Assembly (NCBI GenBank): GCA_963803435.1 | Contig: CAWDML010000009.1 | Span: forward strand, 1,152,001 to 1,216,000 | DNA length: 64,000 nucleotides | From: an uncultured delta proteobacterium | GTDB lineage: Bacteria; Myxococcota; Kuafuiibacteriia; Kuafuiibacteriales; Kuafuiibacteriaceae | Direction: 5' to 3' | Shown: one piece after another, positions 38,062-51,159 of the stretch | Position numbering within the stretch: the stretch's first letter is position 1 | How the letters are laid out: each line of letters begins with the position of its first letter | Notes under the pieces: generated by a model | What the model was told of the DNA's origin: nothing | Seen by the model: only the letters and a program-made list of their open reading frames with translations | Database searches by the model: none | Made by a program: the position numbers and the translations under genes

Positions 38062-39450
38062 TCAGGGCTTCGGGTCGAAGAGCCCGACGGCGTACTGGAG
38101 CTCGAGCACGCTCACGGCGCGCTCCATGTTCGAGTGGATGAGCGCCACCTCGGCGTCGAGGACGTGATCGTTCGCGTCGTTGAGCTCGACCGAGCGGACG
38201 GCGCCGACCTCGTACTGCGCCTTCGTGAGATCCAGGGTCTGCTCCGCCAGGTTGAGCGCCTCCTGGGCGCGGGAGACGTTGAGGTCCGCACCTTCGAGCG
38301 CGAGCAGCGCGCGCTCGACGTCGTTCGCGATCCGATCGTCCACCGTGCGGCGGGTGATCAGCGCGGTCGCGATGTGGGCGTCGGCCGCCTCCAGATCGGC
38401 GTAACGGAGGCCGTCGTAGAGATCGATGGTGGCCGCGACGCCGAACGACCACTGCGAGTTCTGTCCCGACAGGCCGCGCACGTTGGAGTAGCGGTATCCG
38501 CCGAACACGCCCAGCACCGGCGCAAAGCGCCACCAGACCTCGTCCTTGGCCCGCTCCGCGATCACGACGCTCTTGTCGGCAGCCGAGAGGTCCTTGCGAA
38601 GCCGGCGCGCCTCGACGAGGAGCTCGTCGCGGCTGCCTGGGGGCGGCACGGGGAGCGGCGGATCCGTGATCTCGGGGTGGTCGTCGGAGCGGGTCAGCGA
38701 CCAGAGCGCGAGCAGGGCTTGGGCGTGGGCGTTCCGGGCGCGGGCCAGATCGAGCGCGGCCTGGCGGGCGGCGATCTCGGCGGTGGTCACCACGGTGGAG
38801 GCGCGCTCGCCCAGCTCGGCGCGGGCGCGGACCAGCCCGAGCTGCTCGATCGTGCGGGCCCTGGCTCGATCCGCGGCGGCGATGGCGCCTCGGGTCGCGG
38901 AGGCCGCATAGAAGGCGCGGGCGACCCCGAGCAGGAGCTGCTGGCGCTGGGCGTCGGTGCGGTCGCGCTCGACGTCGACGCTGGCGTACGCGTTCGCGAT
39001 CGTGGGGAGCGCGCGGCCGTTGATCGGGTTCCAGATGACGCGTCCCGAGATCAGGTGCGTGTCGCCCTCGGCGAGGTCGAGCGTGACCGGGTTCTCGAGC
39101 GACGCCTGCAGCGCCATGATGCACGCGACCGGATCGCCGCCCTGGCGGCAGCTGTTCTGGACGTCGTCGCTGGTGAGATCGGGGAAGGTGATCGGCGCGG
39201 GCGCGGGCGCAAGGACGGTGAACGTGTAGCTGCCGGTCAGCTGCGGCTGAAGGATCGCCCAAGCGCGATCCACGTTCGTCTCAGCTTCGGCGATCCGCTG
39301 CCCGAGCAGCTCGAACTCCGGCGAGCGTGCGAGTGCCCGCCGGTAGGCCTCTTCGAGGGACAACGAGGGCGCCCCTGCGGCCGAGCGCGCGGGGAGCGAG
39401 AGAAGGAGGAGCGCGAGCACCCGCCCTCGGTCGGTCGTACGATGGGGCAC
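38062..39450 (-). CDS. TolC-family outer-membrane efflux protein
   Basis: Signal peptide; LSLEEAYRRALARSP; two OEP helical repeats; QYEVGAVRSVELNDA and LQYAVG. Confidence 0.88.
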   Translation of the reverse strand: MPHRTTDRGRVLALLLLSLPARSAAGAPSLSLEEAYRRALARSPEFELLGQRIAEAETNVDRAWAILQPQLTGSYTFTVLAPAPAPITFPDLTSDDVQNSCRQGGDPVACIMALQASLENPVTLDLAEGDTHLISGRVIWNPINGRALPTIANAYASVDVERDRTDAQRQQLLLGVARAFYAASATRGAIAAADRARARTIEQLGLVRARAELGERASTVVTTAEIAARQAALDLARARNAHAQALLALWSLTRSDDHPEITDPPLPVPPPGSRDELLVEARRLRKDLSAADKSVVIAERAKDEVWWRFAPVLGVFGGYRYSNVRGLSGQNSQWSFGVAATIDLYDGLRYADLEAADAHIATALITRRTVDDRIANDVERALLALEGADLNVSRAQEALNLAEQTLDLTKAQYEVGAVRSVELNDANDHVLDAEVALIHSNMERAVSVLELQYAVGLFDPKP

Positions 39451-39601
39451 GACCTCCGACTCTCTCCGCGGACGGCGCTGAACGCAAATTCCTGGATCAC
39501 CGAAAAGCTGAATGAAATCGGTATATTACGAGGGTATACCGCGGGGGCGGCGGAACATATCCGCTCTCGGATCGTGAGTCAACCCTCTGCTTGTGATTCT
39601 C

Positions 39602-39630
39602 TTTACAGCACCGACGCGTCGTGTTACCGT
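39602..39630 (+). promoter_or_regulatory. Candidate sigma70 promoter for cdnL in an AT-richer intergenic region
   Basis: TTTACA (39602-39607), 17 nt ending TGT, TACCGT (39625-39630); GGAGGAG before the ATG at 39759. Confidence 0.45.
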
Positions 39631-39758
39631 TCGCGCGCTTTCGGGAGACCTGGGCTTTGCAAGTTCTACTCTCGAAATACAGCGCAACAACGCGAATCAA
39701 CACTATTTTCGGGTTTTTCCAAAAGAGCGTATGGCCCACCGCTCCCGTGGAGGAGTGA

Positions 39759-40244
39759 ATGCAAGAGTTGCCATTCCAGATTGGGGACAAGGCCGTTTAT
39801 CCGGCGCACGGCGTCGCCGAGGTGACCGGCATCGAGAAGCACCAAGTCGGGGGTGATGAACAGATGTTCTATATCCTCCGAATTCTCGACAACGGCGTGA
39901 AAGTGATGATCCCGACCGGAGCGAACGGGCTCCGGGAGATCATGAGCACCGAGGAGGTCGACGAAGTTTTCGAGGTCCTCAAAGAGAAAGAGATCTCGGT
40001 CGAGAGCACCACCTGGAACCGGCGATATCGCGAATACAAGGACAAGATCGATTCAGGCGATCCCAAGCAGATCGCAGAGGTCCTTCGCGATCTTTATCTT
40101 CTTAAGAACGACAAGGATCTCTCGTTTGGCGAGCGCAAGATGCTCGACACGGCGAAAGCGCTCCTGGTGAAGGAGCTCTCGATCGCCCGAGAGATGGATG
40201 AGGACGACGTCGAGGCGGAGTTCACGCAAATCTTCCACGCGTAG
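39759..40244 (+). CDS. cdnL: CarD/CdnL-family RNA polymerase-binding transcription factor
   Basis: FQIGDKAVYPAHGVAEV, TWNRRYRE, AEVLRDL and LSFGERKML motifs; short form without an HMGA domain; upstream of cysS. Confidence 0.9.
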   Translation: MQELPFQIGDKAVYPAHGVAEVTGIEKHQVGGDEQMFYILRILDNGVKVMIPTGANGLREIMSTEEVDEVFEVLKEKEISVESTTWNRRYREYKDKIDSGDPKQIAEVLRDLYLLKNDKDLSFGERKMLDTAKALLVKELSIAREMDEDDVEAEFTQIFHA

Positions 40245-40250
40245 CCTCCG

Positions 40251-40300
40251 AAGAAGACGCGGGCGATCCGATGAAAGGGGTCGCTCGCGTTTTTTCTTTT
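40251..40300 (+). terminator. Rho-independent terminator after cdnL
   Basis: 13-bp stem ACGCGGGCGATCC / GGGTCGCTCGCGT (two G-U pairs) followed by TTTTTCTTTT. Confidence 0.75.
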
Positions 40301-40319
40301 CGCTAGCATCGGCCTTTCC

Positions 40320-41867
40320 ATGGGCCTCCGCATCTACGACACCAAGACGCGCGACAAGGTCGAGTTCGAGCCGCTCGCGCCCGGCCAGGCCCGCATGTAC
40401 GTCTGCGGCATCACCCCGTACGCGCCGTCCCACGTGGGCCATGCACGCAGCGCGGTCGCGTTCGACGTGGTCTATCGCTGGCTCAAGCGGACGTACGCGG
40501 TCACCTTCGTCCGCAACGTCACCGACGTGGAGGACAAGCTGATCCGGGCCGCCGCCGCCGACGGCACGACCTGCGAGGCGGTCGCCGAGCGCTACTTCGC
40601 GCAGTATCAGGCCGACCTTCGGGAGCTGAACTGCGTCGACCCCGATCTGGAGCCGCGCGTCACGCAGCACATCGGCGAGGTCGTCGACATCGTGCGGCGG
40701 CTGGTGGAGCACGGGGTGGCCTATCCGGTCGACGGCGACGTTTACTACGACGTCACCAAGTTCCCCGCCTACGGCGGGCTCTCGGGCCGCACGCTGGCGG
40801 ACCTGGAGGCGGGAGCGCGCGTGGAGGTCGACGCGAGAAAGCGGAACCCCTGGGACTTCGTGCTGTGGAAGGGCTCGAAGCCCGGCGAGCCGTCGTGGGA
40901 CTCGCCCTGGGGCAAGGGCCGGCCCGGCTGGCACATCGAGTGCTCGGCGATGGCCGAGAAGTACCTCGGCAAGACGTTCGACATCCACGGCGGCGGGCGG
41001 GACCTCATCTTCCCGCACCACGAGAACGAGATCGCCCAGTCGTGCGCCGCCAACGACGTGGCCGTGTACGCCAACATCTGGATGCACAACGGGTTCATCA
41101 ACCTGATGCCGGAGGCCTGCCCGAGCTGCAAGAAGCCGATCGAGACCGAAGTCACGCGGTGCCCGCACTGCGGCCACGCGTTCACCGACGAAGAGCTCAA
41201 GATGGCGAAATCGAAGGGCAACGTCTTCTCGGTGCGCGAGATCCTGAGCCGCCACGAGGGCGAGGCGCTCCGGCTCTTGTTCCTCAACTCGCACTACCGG
41301 AAGGACATCGCGTTCTCGGAGGGCCTGCTCGAGGAGGCCGAGAAGCGCCTCGACAAGAACTACGAGACGCTCCAGGCCATCGACGCATTCACGGGGGAGC
41401 AGACCTTCGTGCCGGGCAAGAGCTTTGCGGCGGTGTTCGGGTTCGACCCGCGGCAGCGCTTCCGGGAGGCGATGGACGACGACTTCAACAGCGCGCGGGC
41501 GCTGGCGGAGGTGGCCGAGGTCTTCCGGATCGCGAACGAGCTGATCCACGGCCAGGAGAAGACGCCGATATCCCCGGAGGACACCAGCCGGCTCCTCTAC
41601 GAGGTCCGCGAGCTGGTGCGGGAGGCCGGGGCGATCCTCGGGATCTGGGAGAACGATCCCAAGGCGTATCTGGGCCGCCGCAAGATGGCGCGCTCGCGCT
41701 CGCTCTCGCTGACGCCGGCGCAGATCGAGGGGCTGATCCAGGAGCGCAACCAGGCGCGCCGGAGCAAGGACTTCAAGCGGGCCGACGAGATCCGCAACGA
41801 CCTCAAGACCAAGGGGATCGTGTTGATGGACAAAAAGGAAGGCACGACCTGGTCGGTCGAAGAGTGA
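40320..41867 (+). CDS. cysS: Cysteine--tRNA ligase with zinc-ribbon insertion
   Basis: [60 protein letters not shown] and ADEIRNDL motifs. Confidence 0.96.
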   Translation: MGLRIYDTKTRDKVEFEPLAPGQARMYVCGITPYAPSHVGHARSAVAFDVVYRWLKRTYAVTFVRNVTDVEDKLIRAAAADGTTCEAVAERYFAQYQADLRELNCVDPDLEPRVTQHIGEVVDIVRRLVEHGVAYPVDGDVYYDVTKFPAYGGLSGRTLADLEAGARVEVDARKRNPWDFVLWKGSKPGEPSWDSPWGKGRPGWHIECSAMAEKYLGKTFDIHGGGRDLIFPHHENEIAQSCAANDVAVYANIWMHNGFINLMPEACPSCKKPIETEVTRCPHCGHAFTDEELKMAKSKGNVFSVREILSRHEGEALRLLFLNSHYRKDIAFSEGLLEEAEKRLDKNYETLQAIDAFTGEQTFVPGKSFAAVFGFDPRQRFREAMDDDFNSARALAEVAEVFRIANELIHGQEKTPISPEDTSRLLYEVRELVREAGAILGIWENDPKAYLGRRKMARSRSLSLTPAQIEGLIQERNQARRSKDFKRADEIRNDLKTKGIVLMDKKEGTTWSVEE

Positions 41868-41871
41868 CGCC

Positions 41872-43935
<2,064 letters not shown>

Positions 43936-43951
43936 TAGACTCGAAGCAACG

Positions 43952-45820
43952 ATGGCCCGATCAAAGCGCGATCAGTGGCTCGAGCGCGCGAAGGAGCTGC
44001 CCGACTCGCCCGGCTGCTACCTGATGAAGGATCGGGCCGGCGACGTCGTGTACGTGGGCAAGGCGAAGAACCTGCGGAGCCGGGTGAGCTCGTACTTCCA
44101 GGAGGGCACCAGCGACTACCGGGCCTTCGTGGGAATGCTCTCGGGCGTGCTCTCGGACATCGAGACGGTGGTGACACGCTCCGAGAAGGAGGCGCTGCTC
44201 CTGGAGCGGGAGCTCATCCGGCGCCACGAGCCGCGGTTCAACATCATCTGGAGGGACGACAAGCAGTACCTCTGCCTGCGCGTGGATCCGTCGCACGAGT
44301 ACCCGTGGGTGCAGGTGGTGCGGAACATGGGGAAGGACGGCGCGCGCTACTTCGGCCCGTTCCACTCGGCGTCGGCGGCGCGGCAGACGCTGCGGGTCGT
44401 GAACCGGCACTTCAAGCTGAGGACCTGCCGTGACTCCGTGCTCTACAACCGCGCGCGTCCCTGCCTCGAGTATCAGATCGGCCGCTGCCCCGCCCCGTGC
44501 GTGTTCGAGATCGATCGGGACAAGTACAAGGAGGGCGTCGACGACGTCCTGATGTTCCTCGAGGGCAAGGGCGTCGAGCTGGTGGACAAGCTCGACCAGC
44601 GCATGTGGGGCGCGTCGGAGCGCATGGACTACGAGGTCGCGGCCCACTACCGGGATCAGAAGACTGCCGTGGAGAAGACGCTCGAGAAGCAGCAGGTGGC
44701 GTTGCCGTCGCTCCTCGATCAGGACGTCCTGGGGCTGTACCGCGAGGGCGACGACATCGGCATTGCGGTGCTCGAGGTGCGGGAGGGCCGGATCCGCAAC
44801 GTGAGCACGCAGCTGTTCGAGGGCACGGGCTTCCTCGACGCCGACCTCCTGGAGTCGTTCCTCCTCCAGCGCTACTCCTCCTCCCCCACGGAGGACGTGC
44901 CGCGCGAGGTGCTGGTGCCGATCGAGCTGCCGGGCGGGGACGCGCTCTCGGAGATCCTCGGCGAGCACAAGGGATCCCGGGTCGAGGTGAAGCAGCCGAA
45001 GCGCGGTGATCGCGCCGAGCTGATCCGGTTGGCGGCCGAGAACGCCGAGCACGGCTTCCACGAGAAGCGGAAGAAGAGCGGGGCGCTCGATCGCACGCTG
45101 ATGGGGCTCAAGGAGCGCCTGAAGCTGAGGAACGTGCCGATGCGGATCGAGTGCTACGACATCTCGAACCTCCAGAGCGCGGAGATCGTGGCCTCGCGGG
45201 TGACCTTCGTGAGGGCGACGCCCGCCAAGAACCTGTACCGCCGCTACAAGGTGCGGCAGTCGTCGCAGGACGACTTCGGCGCCATGTACGAGGTCCTCAG
45301 CCGACGCTTTGCGCGGGGGATGGCGGAGAACGATCTCCCGGACCTGGTCGTCATCGACGGCGGGAAGGGACAGCTCAACGTCGCGCGGGCGGTGTTCCGG
45401 GATCTGGGCATCGAGGGCGTGGATCTGATCTCGCTCGCGAAGAGTCGCTTCGAGGGCGACGATCAACGCTCGGACCGATCCCCGGAGCGCGTGTTCCTTC
45501 CGGCGGCGAAGGATCCGCTGGTGCTCCCCCAGAGCTCGGCGGAGCTGCTGCTGCTCGCGCGCATCCGGGACGAGGCCCACCGCTTCGCCGTGTCGTTTCA
45601 CCGCGAGCGGCGTAAACGGACCAAGCTCGAGAGCGAGCTCGAGGCGATCCCGGGCGTCGGGCCGAAGCGCCGGAAGGCGCTCCTACGGCAGCTGGGGAGC
45701 CTCAAGCGCGTGCGGGAGGCCTCGGCCGACGAGCTGGCCCGAGTGCCGGGGATCGGGCCGAAGGCGGCCGCTCGGATCTGGCGCGCCTTGCATCCGGGAC
45801 GGGCCGGAGATTCCCGATAA
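43952..45820 (+). CDS. uvrC: Excinuclease ABC subunit C
   Basis: GIY-YIG-like PGCYLM...YVGKAKNLR; Cys-rich region; IECYDIS, IDGGKGQ and IRDEAHRFA; HhH tail. Confidence 0.97.
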   Translation: MARSKRDQWLERAKELPDSPGCYLMKDRAGDVVYVGKAKNLRSRVSSYFQEGTSDYRAFVGMLSGVLSDIETVVTRSEKEALLLERELIRRHEPRFNIIWRDDKQYLCLRVDPSHEYPWVQVVRNMGKDGARYFGPFHSASAARQTLRVVNRHFKLRTCRDSVLYNRARPCLEYQIGRCPAPCVFEIDRDKYKEGVDDVLMFLEGKGVELVDKLDQRMWGASERMDYEVAAHYRDQKTAVEKTLEKQQVALPSLLDQDVLGLYREGDDIGIAVLEVREGRIRNVSTQLFEGTGFLDADLLESFLLQRYSSSPTEDVPREVLVPIELPGGDALSEILGEHKGSRVEVKQPKRGDRAELIRLAAENAEHGFHEKRKKSGALDRTLMGLKERLKLRNVPMRIECYDISNLQSAEIVASRVTFVRATPAKNLYRRYKVRQSSQDDFGAMYEVLSRRFARGMAENDLPDLVVIDGGKGQLNVARAVFRDLGIEGVDLISLAKSRFEGDDQRSDRSPERVFLPAAKDPLVLPQSSAELLLLARIRDEAHRFAVSFHRERRKRTKLESELEAIPGVGPKRRKALLRQLGSLKRVREASADELARVPGIGPKAAARIWRALHPGRAGDSR

Positions 45821-45913
45821 CTGCAAGAAGCGTGGATTGATCGTTGACTTGGTTTCCGTGAGCGCATAGGCCATGGACCCGCGCAGTCGCAAGGCGCGGG
45901 TGGCCGAGGAAAG

Positions 45914-46432
45914 ATGCGTCTCTATCGAAAGATCATCCCGAAGATTTCAAAGGAAATTGTCTCCCGGCTGAGGGGCGATGGTGACGTCGAGATCGACGAC
46001 CAGAAGCTCGAAGAAGCCGAGCTCGACGTGGCCGCCATCTTGGTCGAGTACTGTAACGCCGAAGATCGGCTCAACCAGGAGACCAAAGACGCGCTCACGC
46101 GCCGGGGCTTGTCGGCGGAGCGCTTTGCCCAGGTGAAGCGCGGACTCGCCGAGGCCCGCAGCCACAAGACCGGTGAGGAGGGCGTCGAGTACGTCATCAA
46201 TCAGATGCTCGACGCGCTCATGCACTCCCGAAATGTGGAAGAGGTCTACGCCGAAGACCACGAGATGCGGAAGAAGATCTCCGAAACCATGCGGAAGTAC
46301 TTGGGGATCGACGAGGACATCGACCGCGAGGCGCGCGGTCGTTTGAAGAACCTCCGCGAAGGCAGCGCCGAGTGGGACATCGAGTACGAGAAGATCGTCG
46401 GCCAGCTCAAGCGCGCCCGCGGTCTCGGCTGA
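45914..46432 (+). CDS. DUF507-family protein
   Basis: MRLY...IPKIS N-terminus; C-terminal LKNLREGSAEWDIEY...RGL; follows uvrC. Confidence 0.7.
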   Translation: MRLYRKIIPKISKEIVSRLRGDGDVEIDDQKLEEAELDVAAILVEYCNAEDRLNQETKDALTRRGLSAERFAQVKRGLAEARSHKTGEEGVEYVINQMLDALMHSRNVEEVYAEDHEMRKKISETMRKYLGIDEDIDREARGRLKNLREGSAEWDIEYEKIVGQLKRARGLG

Positions 46433-46436
46433 GCCT

Positions 46437-46787
46437 CTAACCGCTGAGACGCTTCGCGAAGCTCAGCTCGTGACCGTCCGGGTCGCGCAGGTGGAAGTAG
46501 CGCTCGCCCCAGGTCGCGTCGGCCGGCACCGACTCGGGATGGAGCCCTGCGTCCACCACGCGCCGGTAGAACGCGTCGACGTCATCCACATAGACGATCA
46601 GGCGGCCCCACCAGGCCCAGGAGACGTCTCGCGGCTGCTCGATGAGGTTGAGGACCTGGGCGCCCAGCTGGCAGCTGGCGAAGCCCTCGCCGCGCCAGAC
46701 GAGCGTGAGGCCGAGCGTCCGGTAGAACTCGAGGGCCCGCTCCAGGTCGTGGGTGGCCAGGGTGATCGCGCTGATGCCTTCGAACAC
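46437..46787 (-). CDS. VOC/glyoxalase-family protein
   Basis: DLERALEFYRTLG, YVDDVD and WGERYFHLRDPDGHEL motifs. Confidence 0.88.
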   Translation of the reverse strand: MFEGISAITLATHDLERALEFYRTLGLTLVWRGEGFASCQLGAQVLNLIEQPRDVSWAWWGRLIVYVDDVDAFYRRVVDAGLHPESVPADATWGERYFHLRDPDGHELSFAKRLSG

Positions 46788-46841
46788 GATCCGACAATCT
46801 CAGATTTCCGTCTCGCTGGGGATCTTCTCGAGGGGACCAGG

Positions 46842-48017
46842 ATGGTCCCTCCGTTGCTCCGCCGCTCCGCGATGCGGAGCCTGGTGGCCGTCTTGATCCT
46901 CGCGGGGTGCAGCGGCGCCTCCGGCGCACGGGACGCCGAGCCCGACGCCGGATCCGCGGACGCGGGCGCCGGCGACTCCCCCGACTCGGGCGCGCCGGAT
47001 GCGGCGGGCCCTCCACCCGACGCCGGCTCGGATCCGCGCGTGCGCTGTGCGCCGGGATCGACGCTTCGAACCTACTCTCTTTCGCCGATCGCGCCGCTCC
47101 CCTCCCGCTCCGATCTCGAGCTCCCCGGTCTGCCGGCGACGGCGCAGATCATCTCCGCCGGCACGGGTCAGACGAACAGCGCGCGCTTCGACGTCTGCGA
47201 CGACGGCGCCGGCGGATCGGTGCTCGAAGAGGTGCTCTTCGTGGGCGAGACCTTCGAGACGCCGCGGCTCTATCGGGTCGACGAGACGATCAGCGCGCCG
47301 GTCGAGGAGGTCCTCCAGATCGACGAGGGGCTCGTCGTCTCGCTGCGGCTCCCGCCGGCGGACGTGGCCGTCAGCGGGCTCGACGAGGCCCTGGCCGGTC
47401 ACCTGCAGCCGCTCGAGATCCGCCTGGTGAACGACAGCGGGCTCCTGATCGTGGGGCACGACGGCTTCGTCGCCGTGGCGCGCGGGAGAGTCGGGCCCGC
47501 GAGCATCACGTACACCACCAGCTCGATCGTGGTCGGCGGCCTGACGCCCGGCGACGTGTTTGCCGGCCTCGCGTGTCACTTCGGAGAGGAAGCGCTCAGC
47601 ACCGCGTTCACCATGGGGACCGCCGACTTCGAGCTCGACGCGTGCACTTTCCAGGGCGCCGGCTTCACCGCGGGCTACCGGATCACGCGGCTCTCGGTCC
47701 AGGACTCGAACGCCGCGCTGACAGCGGCGGAGCAGGGGCGGTTCGAGCTGGTGGGGGAGGCCGAGGTCGAGGCCTCGCTGGCGTACGTCTACAACCACCA
47801 CAACGCCTGCGACTCGTTCCACCTGGCCCTGCCGCACGCGGACTACGCCGCCACCACGGCGCCGGCCGCCGGGTGCGGCGCTCCGGTACCCGACGCCCCG
47901 ATGCGGGACATCAACGAGGACTCGACGAGCCCGGTGAAGTACCGGATCCGGTATCACGGCGGGGAGTGGATGGACGGGACGATCCCGGGCTGCAGCCACT
48001 ACCTGTTCTGCCACTGA
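46842..48017 (+). CDS. Hypothetical lipoprotein with DAG-rich linker and Cys-containing beta-rich domain
   Basis: Lipobox ILAGC; DAGSADAG...DAG linker; good high-GC coding frame; start at 46842 or 46872. Confidence 0.6.
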   Translation: MVPPLLRRSAMRSLVAVLILAGCSGASGARDAEPDAGSADAGAGDSPDSGAPDAAGPPPDAGSDPRVRCAPGSTLRTYSLSPIAPLPSRSDLELPGLPATAQIISAGTGQTNSARFDVCDDGAGGSVLEEVLFVGETFETPRLYRVDETISAPVEEVLQIDEGLVVSLRLPPADVAVSGLDEALAGHLQPLEIRLVNDSGLLIVGHDGFVAVARGRVGPASITYTTSSIVVGGLTPGDVFAGLACHFGEEALSTAFTMGTADFELDACTFQGAGFTAGYRITRLSVQDSNAALTAAEQGRFELVGEAEVEASLAYVYNHHNACDSFHLALPHADYAATTAPAAGCGAPVPDAPMRDINEDSTSPVKYRIRYHGGEWMDGTIPGCSHYLFCH

Positions 48018-48062
48018 CGCCGGCTGCGGAAACAACGTCCCCACCTCGGTCGCCGCTCCTCC

Positions 48063-48218
48063 GGCGGTCACCGTCACCGTCACGGCCACGAACCACGGTC
48101 ACGCGACACGGAGCACTGAATTCGCCTCACGGAAAACGTGCTTCGTGAACCGTGCTTCGTGAACCGTGCTTCGTGACCGAGGCCCGTGACCGCGACGATG
48201 ACGGTGACGGTGACCGCC
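48063..48218. repeat. 156-bp element with perfect 20-bp terminal inverted repeats and an internal 14-bp tandem repeat
   Basis: GGCGGTCACCGTCACCGTCA (48063-48082) is the exact reverse complement of 48199-48218. CGTGCTTCGTGAAC x2 plus a near copy at 48137-48177. Lies between convergent genes. Confidence 0.8.
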
Positions 48219-48281
48219 CCAGGATTCGAGGCCGAGCGGGTTCGTGGGAGCCCGCGTTTCGTGAGGCCCATGGTTCGGGAG

Positions 48282-51062
<2,781 letters not shown>

Positions 51063-51159
51063 GGGCCGGCGCCTAGCACATCAGGCGTACATCAGACCAC
51101 TTCCGGCGGACAAAGGTGCGGACGGCCGAGTGACAGCGTGACGGCCATGCGGCAGCGTC

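Noticed and set aside
39460-39758. AT-richer 300-bp intergenic region as an ncRNA, riboswitch or foreign DNA
   Set aside because: No recognisable RNA family motif or strong structure; explained by divergent promoters for the TolC gene and cdnL.
48137-48177. Tandem repeats as a mini CRISPR array
   Set aside because: 14-bp units are directly adjacent with no spacers, and there are no cas genes.
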